From Candidatus Magasanikiibacteriota bacterium (GTDB lineage Bacteria > Patescibacteriota > Patescibacteriia > Magasanikbacterales > GWA2-37-8): DNA of 64,000 nt. The notes under the pieces were generated by a model. That model did no database searches. It saw only the letters and a program-made list of their open reading frames with translations, and was not told the DNA's origin. This document shows positions 19,460 to 27,766 of the stretch, in pieces. Position numbers and translations under genes: made by a program. Each line of letters starts with the position of its first letter. The first letter of the stretch is position 1. The DNA lies in the NCBI GenBank assembly GCA_026396515.1, contig JAPLWQ010000003.1, positions 291,569 to 355,568 on the forward strand. Reading direction: 5' to 3'.

Positions 19460-20897
19460 AATTTGAATTTCCGGTTAATTTTGTCCTTATTTCCTTAATA
19501 ATTTCTTTGCTAATCCCGCCTGTTATGAACAACAACCCCAGGTACAGTACAGCGCCGGTCGGTATCGCAAATATAACATTCATCCGTTCGGCAGACCAAA
19601 AAATAACAGCACCCATAATAATAGCGGGAACAAAAGCCTTAATGCAATACTTCAATAAAATACTCCCGTTAATTTCCACTATTCGGCTAACAAGAATATA
19701 TCCAATAATCCATAGAGCAAAATTTCCTATCAACGCAGATATTGCCGCTCCATTTATGCCATAGCGCGGGATAAGAATAACATTGGCAATAATATTTATA
19801 ACGAGTACGACCGCCATTAGCATTGTTTGTTTTCTTTGTTCGCCTACTGCGTTAAGCAGCGCGCCGCTAATCAATGCCAGATAGCCAAATACAAGTGCGA
19901 TGACTAGAATTCTTAAGGGCATTATTGAAGGCGAATAAGCTTGTCCGTATACAGAGACAATAAAAGATGCCGAAATGGCAAAAATACCGGCAGCGAGCGG
20001 AAACACAATTGTAAATAAGTAGCGCCAAGATTTTTCAAACAAACGCGCCAGTGCGTTCTTGTCTGATAAAAATAATGCACTAAAAACCGGGTAAATACTG
20101 GCCGACAAAGCCAGGGGTATGAATTGAAAAGCAAAAGTAATTTTATACGGAACACTCCACCAGCCAAGCTCCCTGCCGGTGAGCAATTTCGACATAATCA
20201 ACGAATCACTATATGAATATAGCCGGCCAATGATACCGGCAACCGCAAAAGGCCAAGCCATTAGCAAAAACTCTTTCCATGCTTGTCCGGTGAAGATTAT
20301 ACTAAGTTTCAAAGCGCAAACTCTGACTGCAAAAAAACCGGAATATAAAACATTCAAAATACTGGGGATGGTATAAGCGCCGATTAACCAAATAAGAGGC
20401 CAGCGCAAATATAGCGCAATAGAGCCAATGAGCATTGTGATAAATTGTGAGGCGACAATACCGAATGCCTCATATTTTAAATTTCTTTTGGCGCGGAATA
20501 CGGCATAAAAAAGAGAGTGTAGGTTGTCAAACCACATCGTAGCGCCGGCAAGGCAGATCAAATGGCGTGTCTGCACCGGATATCCGAGGGCGTAGGAAGC
20601 GATTACCACGAGTATATACGCCGCCGCACCGATGATAAATTTCCCTCCCAATGCTGTCGAAAAAATCCTTTGTGTGTCTTCCGGCTTTTTTGCAATCTCT
20701 CTGGTCAAAACTGCTGAAAAACCAAAGTCAGCCATAACCGCAAAAATGCTGGTGAAGGTTAGCGCAAAAAAATAAGCGCCGGTGCTCTCTACTCCGATCA
20801 ACCTGGCAATTACGGTAAAATAAACAAAGGATATAATCTTTTGGACTATTGACGCCGTTGTCAGAAATGAGGTATTTTTCGCTACTGAATAAGCCAT
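19434..20897 (-). CDS. oligosaccharide flippase (Wzx/MOP superfamily)
   Basis: About 12-14 TM helices and the polysaccharide-biosynthesis-protein architecture. Sits next to glycosyltransferases. Confidence 0.75.
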   Translation of the reverse strand: MAYSVAKNTSFLTTASIVQKIISFVYFTVIARLIGVESTGAYFFALTFTSIFAVMADFGFSAVLTREIAKKPEDTQRIFSTALGGKFIIGAAAYILVVIASYALGYPVQTRHLICLAGATMWFDNLHSLFYAVFRAKRNLKYEAFGIVASQFITMLIGSIALYLRWPLIWLIGAYTIPSILNVLYSGFFAVRVCALKLSIIFTGQAWKEFLLMAWPFAVAGIIGRLYSYSDSLIMSKLLTGRELGWWSVPYKITFAFQFIPLALSASIYPVFSALFLSDKNALARLFEKSWRYLFTIVFPLAAGIFAISASFIVSVYGQAYSPSIMPLRILVIALVFGYLALISGALLNAVGEQRKQTMLMAVVLVINIIANVILIPRYGINGAAISALIGNFALWIIGYILVSRIVEINGSILLKYCIKAFVPAIIMGAVIFWSAERMNVIFAIPTGAVLYLGLLFITGGISKEIIKEIRTKLTGNSNYENIDNNA

Positions 20898-20932
20898 AAA
20901 TTGGAGTTTAATAGCGATATTTTAACATTAAA

Positions 20933-20960
20933 AGACCCGCCTTATCAAGGCGGGTCCGAT
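20933..20960. terminator. intrinsic terminator ending the ribosomal-protein operon (downstream of rpsI)
   Basis: gacccgcc-ttatcaa-ggcgggtc hairpin with T-runs on both strands. Confidence 0.6.
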
Positions 20961-20966
20961 AATTTT

Positions 20967-21464
20967 TTAACGCTTACTCCACTGCGGTGCGCGACGCGCT
21001 CTTTTTAAACCGAATTTCTTTCTCTCTTTCACCCTGGCATCCCTGGTTAAAAAACCAAGAGTTCGGAGAGTTTTTCTGAATTCTTCATTCCAAAGCACCA
21101 GGGCTCTGGCAACGCCATGCTTAACGGCGTCTGCCTGCCCCTTTTTTCCACCGCCTACCACTTTTACGCTCACATTAAGATCCTTTTCCTTGCCCACTGC
21201 CTTAAGGGCTGATAAGACAGCTTCCTGCAGGGCAAAATGCGGGAAATATTTTTTATAATCATCGCCGTTGACTGTAATTTCACCGGTACCACGAGTAATC
21301 CTAACGCGGGCAGAGGCGCATTTACGCCGGCCAACGGAACGGCTGGTGTCATTATTCACGGCCACTTCAAGTTTGGCCGGCTTTTCAACTTTCTTTACCG
21401 CCGGTTTCGCTGCCGGCGACTTAACACTTTTTGCTTTTGTGGATGCAGTTTTTGGCATAATCAA
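20967..21464 (-). CDS. rpsI: 30S ribosomal protein S9 with Lys/Ala-rich N-terminal extension
   Basis: C-terminal S9 signature ...KKFGLKRARRAPQWSKR. The N-terminal ~35 aa is a basic low-complexity extension. Confidence 0.9.
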   Translation of the reverse strand: MIMPKTASTKAKSVKSPAAKPAVKKVEKPAKLEVAVNNDTSRSVGRRKCASARVRITRGTGEITVNGDDYKKYFPHFALQEAVLSALKAVGKEKDLNVSVKVVGGGKKGQADAVKHGVARALVLWNEEFRKTLRTLGFLTRDARVKERKKFGLKRARRAPQWSKR

Positions 21465-21830
21465 TTACTTAAACGTCAAACGCAACATGCGCGCCGTGCG
21501 CATTTTATTTTTCGGCAACATCCTGGCTACAGCGTGTCTTAAAACCTCGCGCGGACTTTCAAGAAAAAGTATTTTGGCTTTCTTTTCCTTAAGGCCTCCC
21601 GGATGCATTGAGTGATGGCGATAAACCTTATCCTGCATTTTCTTTCCGGTAAAATATATCTCACCAACATTTAATATCCGCACTTTATCTCCGCTATCAA
21701 TGTGTGTTTTATATCCCACCTTATTCTTGCCCATTAAAATCATGGCTATTTTTGTAGCCAGCCGTCCGGGAACTTTTCCCGCCGCATCAATCTCAATTGT
21801 GTGTCTTTTAAATTTTTGCATATCCCTCAA
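21465..21830 (-). CDS. rplM: 50S ribosomal protein L13
   Basis: L13-typical sequence (KVPGRLATKIAMILMGKNK...DKVYRHHS.HPGG). Confidence 0.95.
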   Translation of the reverse strand: MRDMQKFKRHTIEIDAAGKVPGRLATKIAMILMGKNKVGYKTHIDSGDKVRILNVGEIYFTGKKMQDKVYRHHSMHPGGLKEKKAKILFLESPREVLRHAVARMLPKNKMRTARMLRLTFK

Positions 21831-21832
21831 TA

Positions 21833-22189
21833 TTACTTAACGAATTCAACAATAGCTTTTTCCGCTCCGTCACCTGTTCTGATGTCTGACACCAAAATCA
21901 ACCGGGTATAACCGCCCTTTTTCCCTACGTAACGCGGCCCCAGAACATCCATAAGCTTCTTTACGGAGTTGTTGGTATACAACTCTTTAATAAGCGCCCG
22001 ACGGGCTGATAGCGTGTTCTTTTTAGCGATTGTAACGAGCTTTTCAACAAACGACTTCAAGGCCTTGGCTTTTGCCTTAGTCGTAATAATCTTTTCGTAC
22101 AAAATTAAGCTTTCCGCTAAATTGGCAAGCAGAGCGTTGCGTGAGGCGCTTTTCCGGTCAAGCGTAATTTTCTTCTTTTGGTGTCTCAT
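21833..22189 (-). CDS. rplQ: 50S ribosomal protein L17
   Basis: MRHQKKKITLDRKSASRNALLANLAESLILYEKIITT. Confidence 0.95.
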   Translation of the reverse strand: MRHQKKKITLDRKSASRNALLANLAESLILYEKIITTKAKAKALKSFVEKLVTIAKKNTLSARRALIKELYTNNSVKKLMDVLGPRYVGKKGGYTRLILVSDIRTGDGAEKAIVEFVK

Positions 22190-22198
22190 AAAAAATTT

Positions 22199-22993
22199 TT
22201 ACTTGGTTTTCTTTTTTGCCGTTTTCTTTTTCGGCTTTATATCCGCTTCCCCCTCGCCCACTTGAGACTCTTCAACCGATACGATTTTTTCTTCGGTCAA
22301 ACCTTTCTGCGATTCATCCAAAATTATGGAAAAATGATTCATCAGAATCTGAGTCGATTGAAAAATTGCGTCTTTTGGCGACATTGTACCGTTTGTCTCA
22401 ATTGTTAAAGTGAGTTTTTCATAGTTGGTGATATCACCGACGCGGGTGTATTCAACATGATAACCGACGTCTTTGATCGGGCTGTAAATTGAATCCACTA
22501 CAATCGTGCCCAAATCATAATTTCCGCGGTTCTTTTCCTCTGTAGTCTTAAATCCGCGCCCTCGTCCGACAATCACATCCATTTCAAACGGTTTGGCGCT
22601 GGTCAGATTGCAGATGGCCAGATCTTTATTAAATATTTCCACACTGGAATTTTTTTCAAAATCCTTGGCTGTCACCACTCCCGAGCCCTTTTTTGTTAAG
22701 GTCAGCGTTACCGGCTCATCACTATATACTTTGACTATTAATTGCTTAAGATTAAGCATTATCTCTACCACATCTTCCTTCACGCCTTCAACAGTTGTGA
22801 ACTCGTGCTGAATGCCGCGAATTTTAAACGCTTCAACAGCCGCACCCGGCAAAGATGCTAAAAGTACCCGGCGCAATGCGTTTCCGATGGTTGTGCCGTA
22901 GCCATGATAGCACGGCATGACCACGAAAGCGGCGTGATTTGGCGTCTCACCGGCAATAAACTCGATTTTTGAAGGCAGAAGCAAATTTTCCAT
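22199..22993 (-). CDS. rpoA: DNA-directed RNA polymerase alpha subunit, N-terminal domain only (no recognisable alpha-CTD)
   Basis: Alpha-NTD dimerisation/assembly region. 264 aa, ending in an acidic-then-Lys-rich tail (EESQVGEGEADIKPKKKTAKKKTK) with no helix-hairpin-helix CTD. Confidence 0.9.
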   Translation of the reverse strand: MENLLLPSKIEFIAGETPNHAAFVVMPCYHGYGTTIGNALRRVLLASLPGAAVEAFKIRGIQHEFTTVEGVKEDVVEIMLNLKQLIVKVYSDEPVTLTLTKKGSGVVTAKDFEKNSSVEIFNKDLAICNLTSAKPFEMDVIVGRGRGFKTTEEKNRGNYDLGTIVVDSIYSPIKDVGYHVEYTRVGDITNYEKLTLTIETNGTMSPKDAIFQSTQILMNHFSIILDESQKGLTEEKIVSVEESQVGEGEADIKPKKKTAKKKTK

Positions 22994-23047
22994 ATTGGAT
23001 GTGAGTGAGAGAAATAGTCAAAATGTTTTTGATTATTTCCAAACTAA

Positions 23048-23674
23048 TTAGCGTGAATAGAACTCAATAATTGATTGTGCGTTGAAATTAGGATTTTCCA
23101 ACGTTGGGGCATTTAACACCTTGGCAGACAACGCTTTTACATCCACGCTTATCCAGGACGGAAATTCGGCCTTGGCTAAATGCTCGCCGATATTTTCCAC
23201 ACCTTTTTTCTTTTTCGCCCCCTCTTTGATGGCTACAACCATGCCCGGCTTTACTCTAAACGACGGAATATCGACTTTGGCGCCATTTACAGTTATAAGA
23301 CCATGCGAAACCAATTGACGCGCTCCAAATCTGGCTTTTGACAGCCCGGCGCGGTAAACGACATTATCAAGTCTGGATTCCAGATATTGAGTCAGCCATT
23401 TGCTGGTATCGCCGACCTTGCCTTGGGCCTCTGCCACATAATTTGAAAATTGGCGCTCCAAAAGACCATAGATTCTTTTGACTTTCTGTTTTTCTTTAAG
23501 CTGTTTGCCGTAACCGGACAATTTGGAACGTCTGCTGTTCGGCCCATGAACTCCCGGCGCGTAATTTCGCTTGCCAAAAGGACATTTTGGCCCGAGACAT
23601 TTTTCTCCTTTTAGCATCAGCTTTTCTCCGGCCCGGCGGCACTTGGCGCATTTGGAATTTACTTTTATTGACAT
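23048..23674 (-). CDS. rpsD: 30S ribosomal protein S4
   Basis: N-terminal Zn-ribbon-like CAKCRR...CLGPKC and the S4 RNA-binding domain. Confidence 0.95.
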   Translation of the reverse strand: MSIKVNSKCAKCRRAGEKLMLKGEKCLGPKCPFGKRNYAPGVHGPNSRRSKLSGYGKQLKEKQKVKRIYGLLERQFSNYVAEAQGKVGDTSKWLTQYLESRLDNVVYRAGLSKARFGARQLVSHGLITVNGAKVDIPSFRVKPGMVVAIKEGAKKKKGVENIGEHLAKAEFPSWISVDVKALSAKVLNAPTLENPNFNAQSIIEFYSR

Positions 23675-23685
23675 AATATTATAAT

Positions 23686-24087
23686 TTAGACGCGGCGTCT
23701 CTTAGGCGGCCGGCAGCCGTTGTGCGGAATAGGTGTCACGTCATTGATTGACAAAACATTTAAGCCGTTTGAGTGCAAAGCGCGAATAGCGCCTTCACGA
23801 CCGGCTCCGATTCCTTTAATATATACATTAACATCTTTCACGCCATAATCGGCGACTTTTTCCATAAGTGATTTTACTACCATCGTGGCGGCATATGGCG
23901 TCGCTTTTTTGGGACCCTTAAAACCGGCCATGCCGGATGATGCCCAACCCAAAGTATCGCCGTTCGGATCGGTAATAGTGATGATTGTGTTATTGTACGA
24001 AGCTAAAATATAGGCATTACCTCTTGGTACTTGCTTAACCGCTTTTTTCTTTTTGGCTTTTGCCACTTTTGGTTGTTCTGTAGTCAT
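23686..24087 (-). CDS. rpsK: 30S ribosomal protein S11
   Basis: GNAYILASYNNTIITITDPNGD...SSG S11 signature. Confidence 0.95.
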   Translation of the reverse strand: MTTEQPKVAKAKKKKAVKQVPRGNAYILASYNNTIITITDPNGDTLGWASSGMAGFKGPKKATPYAATMVVKSLMEKVADYGVKDVNVYIKGIGAGREGAIRALHSNGLNVLSINDVTPIPHNGCRPPKRRRV

Positions 24088-24106
24088 ATATCAAAAAGAT
24101 TAGGCC

Positions 24107-24499
24107 TTAAGTCTTAATGCCTGACGCCTTTCTACCCGAACCCATGGTTTTGCGCACATTACCGCGCACAGTTCGGGAGTTGGTCTTTGTTCTTTGTCCG
24201 CGACAGGGTAAATGTTTCATGTGGCGAACACCCCGAAAACACTTGATGTCTTTTAAACGTTTAATGTTGGCTCCGACCTCACGGCGCAAATCGCCTTCGG
24301 TTATAAATTCCTTTTCCACAATAGCTCTGAGCCGATCCTGTTCAGCTTCGGTTAAATCTTTGGTTCTTGTGTTTTCGCTAATTTTGGCTTTGGCCAAAAT
24401 CTTTCTGGAAAGCGACGGGCCAATACCATAAATATATGGCAGTGATGCCACGACACGCTTGTCCTTTGGAATAGTAATGCCTGCAATACGCATAAACAC
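24107..24499 (-). CDS. rpsM: 30S ribosomal protein S13
   Basis: MRIAGITIPKDKRVVASLPYIYGIG S13 N-terminus. Confidence 0.95.
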   Translation of the reverse strand: MFMRIAGITIPKDKRVVASLPYIYGIGPSLSRKILAKAKISENTRTKDLTEAEQDRLRAIVEKEFITEGDLRREVGANIKRLKDIKCFRGVRHMKHLPCRGQRTKTNSRTVRGNVRKTMGSGRKASGIKT

Positions 24500-24515
24500 G
24501 AATTACTGAAATAAA

Positions 24516-24629
24516 TTAACCTTGGCGCTGCTTATGTTTCGGGTTGCTACAAATAACATACACCCGGCCCTTGCGCCTTACGACTTTGCATTTTTGACAA
24601 ATTTTCTTAGCTGATGCTCTAACTTTCAT
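24516..24629 (-). CDS. rpmJ: 50S ribosomal protein L36 (37 aa; not in ORF track because it is below the 60-aa cutoff)
   Basis: Hand translation of the minus strand gives [37 protein letters not shown], the canonical L36 zinc-ribbon sequence. It sits between infA and rpsM as in the conserved operon. Confidence 0.85.
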   Translation of the reverse strand: MKVRASAKKICQKCKVVRRKGRVYVICSNPKHKQRQG

Positions 24630-24670
24630 ATCTGTTAATTATCTTACAAAAATCATTTTTTAAGCAAAAA

Positions 24671-24734
24671 ATATCAATCATTGCCGCGATATCAACGCCC
24701 TTTTTGCAAAAGGCTACACCGCAATGATTGATAT
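24671..24734 (-). promoter_or_regulatory. 14-bp perfect inverted repeat (atatcaatcattgc / gcaatgattgatat) enclosing a 36-nt nested palindromic loop, followed on the transcribed strand by TTTTTTGCTT. Candidate attenuator or structured leader in the 198-nt infA-rpmJ spacer.
   Basis: Read directly from the sequence. The spacer also holds a GGGG-TTTTG-CCCC hairpin just 3' of infA and two copies of GCTCGCTCG. Confidence 0.35.
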
Positions 24735-24827
24735 TCTTGGCGAGCGAGGAAGAAAAAATATTTTTCATTTCCGAGCGAGCCTAGTATATACGGGGCAAAA
24801 CCCCATATATTTCTAAATTGAATTGTA

Positions 24828-25043
24828 TTAATAACGGAAAGTAATCCTCCCTTTTGTCAGATCGTATGGGGTCATTACCACTTTCACTTTATCACCGATG
24901 CTCAAGCGAATCTTGTTGAGCCTCATTTTCCCCGCCAAGTGGGCGACAACTCCCTGGCCGCTTTCCAGACGAAGCCGAAAAGTACCGGCAGGCAGCAGTT
25001 CCTGAACCGTTCCATCGATCTCAATGACGTCTTTGTTTGCCAT
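24828..25043 (-). CDS. infA: translation initiation factor IF-1
   Basis: 71 aa with an S1-like OB fold sequence ([26 protein letters not shown]...[17 protein letters not shown]). Confidence 0.95.
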   Translation of the reverse strand: MANKDVIEIDGTVQELLPAGTFRLRLESGQGVVAHLAGKMRLNKIRLSIGDKVKVVMTPYDLTKGRITFRY

Positions 25044-25083
25044 TGTTTATTACTTATATATTATATGGAGCAATTGTAGGGCT

Positions 25084-25112
25084 ATTTTAGCGGAAACTAA
25101 TAAATAAGTCAA
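25084..25112 (-). promoter_or_regulatory. candidate sigma70 promoter of the infA-ribosomal operon (TTGACT, 17-nt spacer, TAAAAT on the minus strand)
   Basis: Minus-strand reading cacTTGACTtatttattagtttccgcTAAAATagc, about 45 nt upstream of infA. Confidence 0.45.
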
Positions 25113-25181
25113 GTGTCTGCGCCTATATTTGCGAAAATATTACTTTATAATAATATTTTGGCTAATTTAAGCTAAAAAAAC

Positions 25182-25646
25182 CTAATCCACAACTTCTTCC
25201 AAGGCAACAACCGGCTGGTTATTCACAGCATTTACCGGCACGGGCTTACTATAAACAAAATATTTGTAAAGCAAAAAATTCCACGAAACAGCCACGGCGA
25301 TATTTAAAATTCTGGCCAGTAGATAATTCACCGACAATTGATCAGAAAAAAACCACATCCAAGATATGGCAATCGAATAATTCAAACAGGCGACAATTAT
25401 AAACCGAAGCATTTGACGCCCGGTCATACCGAACGACTGGAAAGACCAGTACTTATTTAAAAAGAAAACGTAATTGATGATAAACAACTGGTTAATAATA
25501 ACCGCAAGAACAGGACGCATTCCGGCATACTCTTTTAATATGAAAAGCGAACACATATCGAGCACCACGGCGCTCGATCCGGTAACGGCATATTTAAAAA
25601 ATTGAAAGCGCATCGACCAAAGCCAGGAAAAAAACTTGATCTTCAT
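25182..25646 (-). CDS. GtrA family membrane protein (polysaccharide synthesis/flipping accessory)
   Basis: About 150 aa with 4 TM helices and a GtrA-like N-terminus (FFKYAVTGSSAVVLDMCSLFIL). Confidence 0.75.
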   Translation of the reverse strand: MKIKFFSWLWSMRFQFFKYAVTGSSAVVLDMCSLFILKEYAGMRPVLAVIINQLFIINYVFFLNKYWSFQSFGMTGRQMLRFIIVACLNYSIAISWMWFFSDQLSVNYLLARILNIAVAVSWNFLLYKYFVYSKPVPVNAVNNQPVVALEEVVD

Positions 25647-25655
25647 AATACTCTT

Positions 25656-27506
25656 TTATGACAGCGACGCTTTTATTCTTCGCACGCCGGCGCTGACCGC
25701 TTCTTCCTTAATAATTTTGAACTTTCCCAGAACGCCTGTATTTGCCACATGGGGTCCGCCGCAGATTTCCTTGCTGAAAGTTAGGGTGTTCTCATGTGCA
25801 GACGGCATCTCATTAGGGTCGCCCGCCGTATAAACCTTCACTTTAGCACCATATTTATCTTCAAACAGGCCCATAGCGCCGCCTTCCTTTGCCTCCGCCA
25901 CCGTCATTTCGGCGAATGTCACGGGATAATCGCGTTGAATTGCATAATTCACCAAATCTTCTACCCTCTCCTTCTGTTCTTCAGTCATTTTTTCGGGATG
26001 TGAAAAATCAAAACGAAGCCGCTCAGCCGTAATGTTGCTGCCGCGCTGTTCGGCATGTTCTCCGAGCACTGCACGCAAGGCGGCGTGCAGAAGGTGTGTA
26101 GCCGTATGATACTTCACTGACATCTCGCCCTGGTCAGCCAAACCGCCTTTAAATTTTTGTTCCGCCCCGGTCCGGGATAAATCCTGGTGGGCTTTAAACG
26201 CATGCTCAAACCCCTCAACTTCAACGGTCAAACCATTTTCGGTTGCCAGTTCTAAAGTCATTTCAAGCGGAAATCCGTAAGATTCATATAATTTAAAAGC
26301 CTGCTTGCCGGAAATCTCAGTTATTCTCTCCCCTGTTTTATCAAATGCAATTTGAAATCCTGCCAAAAGTTTCTCAAACTCCTTTAATCCCTGTTCAATT
26401 GTATTCCGAAATTTACTTTCTTCTTTTGCAATTTCATCCGCTATAAATTCATGACTTCGCAAAACCTCAGAATAAATATTTTTGTAAATACCTATTACCG
26501 CTTCGGCAATTTGTGAACAAAAATTTTCATTTATGCCGATTAAACGCCCATGGCGTACAGCCCGGCGAATCAGACGGCGAACAATGTATCCCTGGTCAAC
26601 ATTGCCGGGTGCAATTCCGATATTATCGGCCATTATCATTGTTGCCGTGCGCAAATGATCGGCAATAATACGCATCGATCGCACAGTATTGGCCGATTCA
26701 ATATATTCTCGGCCGGATATTGCCTGAATCTTTTGAATTATCGGCCAAAAAGTATCAATCTGAAAAACATCGGAAAAGCTGTTTAATACCACCAGGGTCC
26801 GCTCTAACCCCATTCCGGTATCAACATTTTTTTGTTTAAGCGGAACATATTTTCCACTGGCAGTTTTATCGTATTGCATGAAGACATTGTTCCAGATCTC
26901 CAGCCAGCTATCAGGATCTGTTCCGGGACTGCTTTTTGCCGACGGATATTCTCCCTCCCCTTGCCACCAAAAAATTTCTGTGTCCGGCCCGCACGGACCT
27001 GTTTGTCCGGCTGGACCCCACCAAGTCTCCGTTTTCGACAGACAAGCGATTCTGTTCTCCGGGACGCCGAGCTCGTCCCATATTTGTGCCGACTCATCAT
27101 CGCGCGGGGCGTCGTTATCGCCGGCGAAAACAGTTACCGCAATTTTTTTCGGATCAAGATTCAGCCAGGCAGGCGAGGTTAAAAACTCCCAGCTCCACTC
27201 AATTGATTCTTTTTTAAAATAATCGCCAAGAGACCAGTTGCCCAGCATTTCAAAAAACGTGTTATGCCTGTTGTCCCCCACATCATCAATATCATTTGTC
27301 CGGACGCATTTTTGCACGCTAGTTAATCGATCACCTTCCGGGTGCGGTTCGCCAAGTAAATACGGTACTAAGGGATGCATACCAGCGGTGGTAAACAAGA
27401 CAGTCGGATCATTTTCCGGAATCAAAGAAGCAGAAGGAATAATTTTATGTTTCTTTGAAACAAAAAAATCCAGATATTTTTGACGGAGTTCAACTGATGT
27501 AATCAT
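25656..27506 (-). CDS. alaS: alanyl-tRNA synthetase (catalytic, tRNA-recognition and editing domains; lacks C-terminal C-Ala domain)
   Basis: AlaRS N-terminus (FTTAGMHPLVPYLLG...RLTSVQKCVRTNDID) and editing-domain end (CGGPHVANTG...RRIKA). 616 aa against ~870 for canonical AlaRS. Confidence 0.9.
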   Translation of the reverse strand: MITSVELRQKYLDFFVSKKHKIIPSASLIPENDPTVLFTTAGMHPLVPYLLGEPHPEGDRLTSVQKCVRTNDIDDVGDNRHNTFFEMLGNWSLGDYFKKESIEWSWEFLTSPAWLNLDPKKIAVTVFAGDNDAPRDDESAQIWDELGVPENRIACLSKTETWWGPAGQTGPCGPDTEIFWWQGEGEYPSAKSSPGTDPDSWLEIWNNVFMQYDKTASGKYVPLKQKNVDTGMGLERTLVVLNSFSDVFQIDTFWPIIQKIQAISGREYIESANTVRSMRIIADHLRTATMIMADNIGIAPGNVDQGYIVRRLIRRAVRHGRLIGINENFCSQIAEAVIGIYKNIYSEVLRSHEFIADEIAKEESKFRNTIEQGLKEFEKLLAGFQIAFDKTGERITEISGKQAFKLYESYGFPLEMTLELATENGLTVEVEGFEHAFKAHQDLSRTGAEQKFKGGLADQGEMSVKYHTATHLLHAALRAVLGEHAEQRGSNITAERLRFDFSHPEKMTEEQKERVEDLVNYAIQRDYPVTFAEMTVAEAKEGGAMGLFEDKYGAKVKVYTAGDPNEMPSAHENTLTFSKEICGGPHVANTGVLGKFKIIKEEAVSAGVRRIKASLS

Positions 27507-27748
27507 ATTTTCATTTTTCGCAAATCAATAATAACATCTTTTAATGACACAATCGCCCAGACGCCATTCAAGACAACAAACGGATAGGCGTGGATCAAGA
27601 TTCCATAAACGACGAGTAACGACGACCCGATAAAATTCAGCAGGTCATATTTCAAATCCGTATCTTTCCAGATATGCGATTGATTCAAAATAAAGCAGAG
27701 CAAAATTGAAGCCGCACCCAAAATGCCTATGACTGTGATTAGATCCAT
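27503..27748 (-). CDS. small 2-TM membrane protein of unknown function
   Basis: 81 aa with two hydrophobic helices. Start overlaps the mnmA stop region. No recognisable family. Confidence 0.4.
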   Translation of the reverse strand: MDLITVIGILGAASILLCFILNQSHIWKDTDLKYDLLNFIGSSLLVVYGILIHAYPFVVLNGVWAIVSLKDVIIDLRKMKI

Positions 27749-27766
27749 ATTCGTTAGATAAAAAAA

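Noticed and set aside
24671-24734. 14-bp perfect inverted repeat considered as terminal inverted repeats of a miniature transposable element
   Set aside because: The arms are only 36 nt apart, far too short for an element. No target-site duplication or transposase is present, and its position inside a conserved operon spacer favours an RNA structure.
26804-27222. Cluster of overlapping 90-116 aa ORFs on both strands inside alaS (and similar antisense ORFs inside clpB at 8439-9163, gltX at 4585-5174, and the ATPase gene at 30746-31200)
   Set aside because: They lie antisense to, or out of frame within, strongly conserved genes. Their composition is low complexity (Arg/Pro/Ser-rich) as expected for GC-richer antisense frames, and they have no family resemblance.
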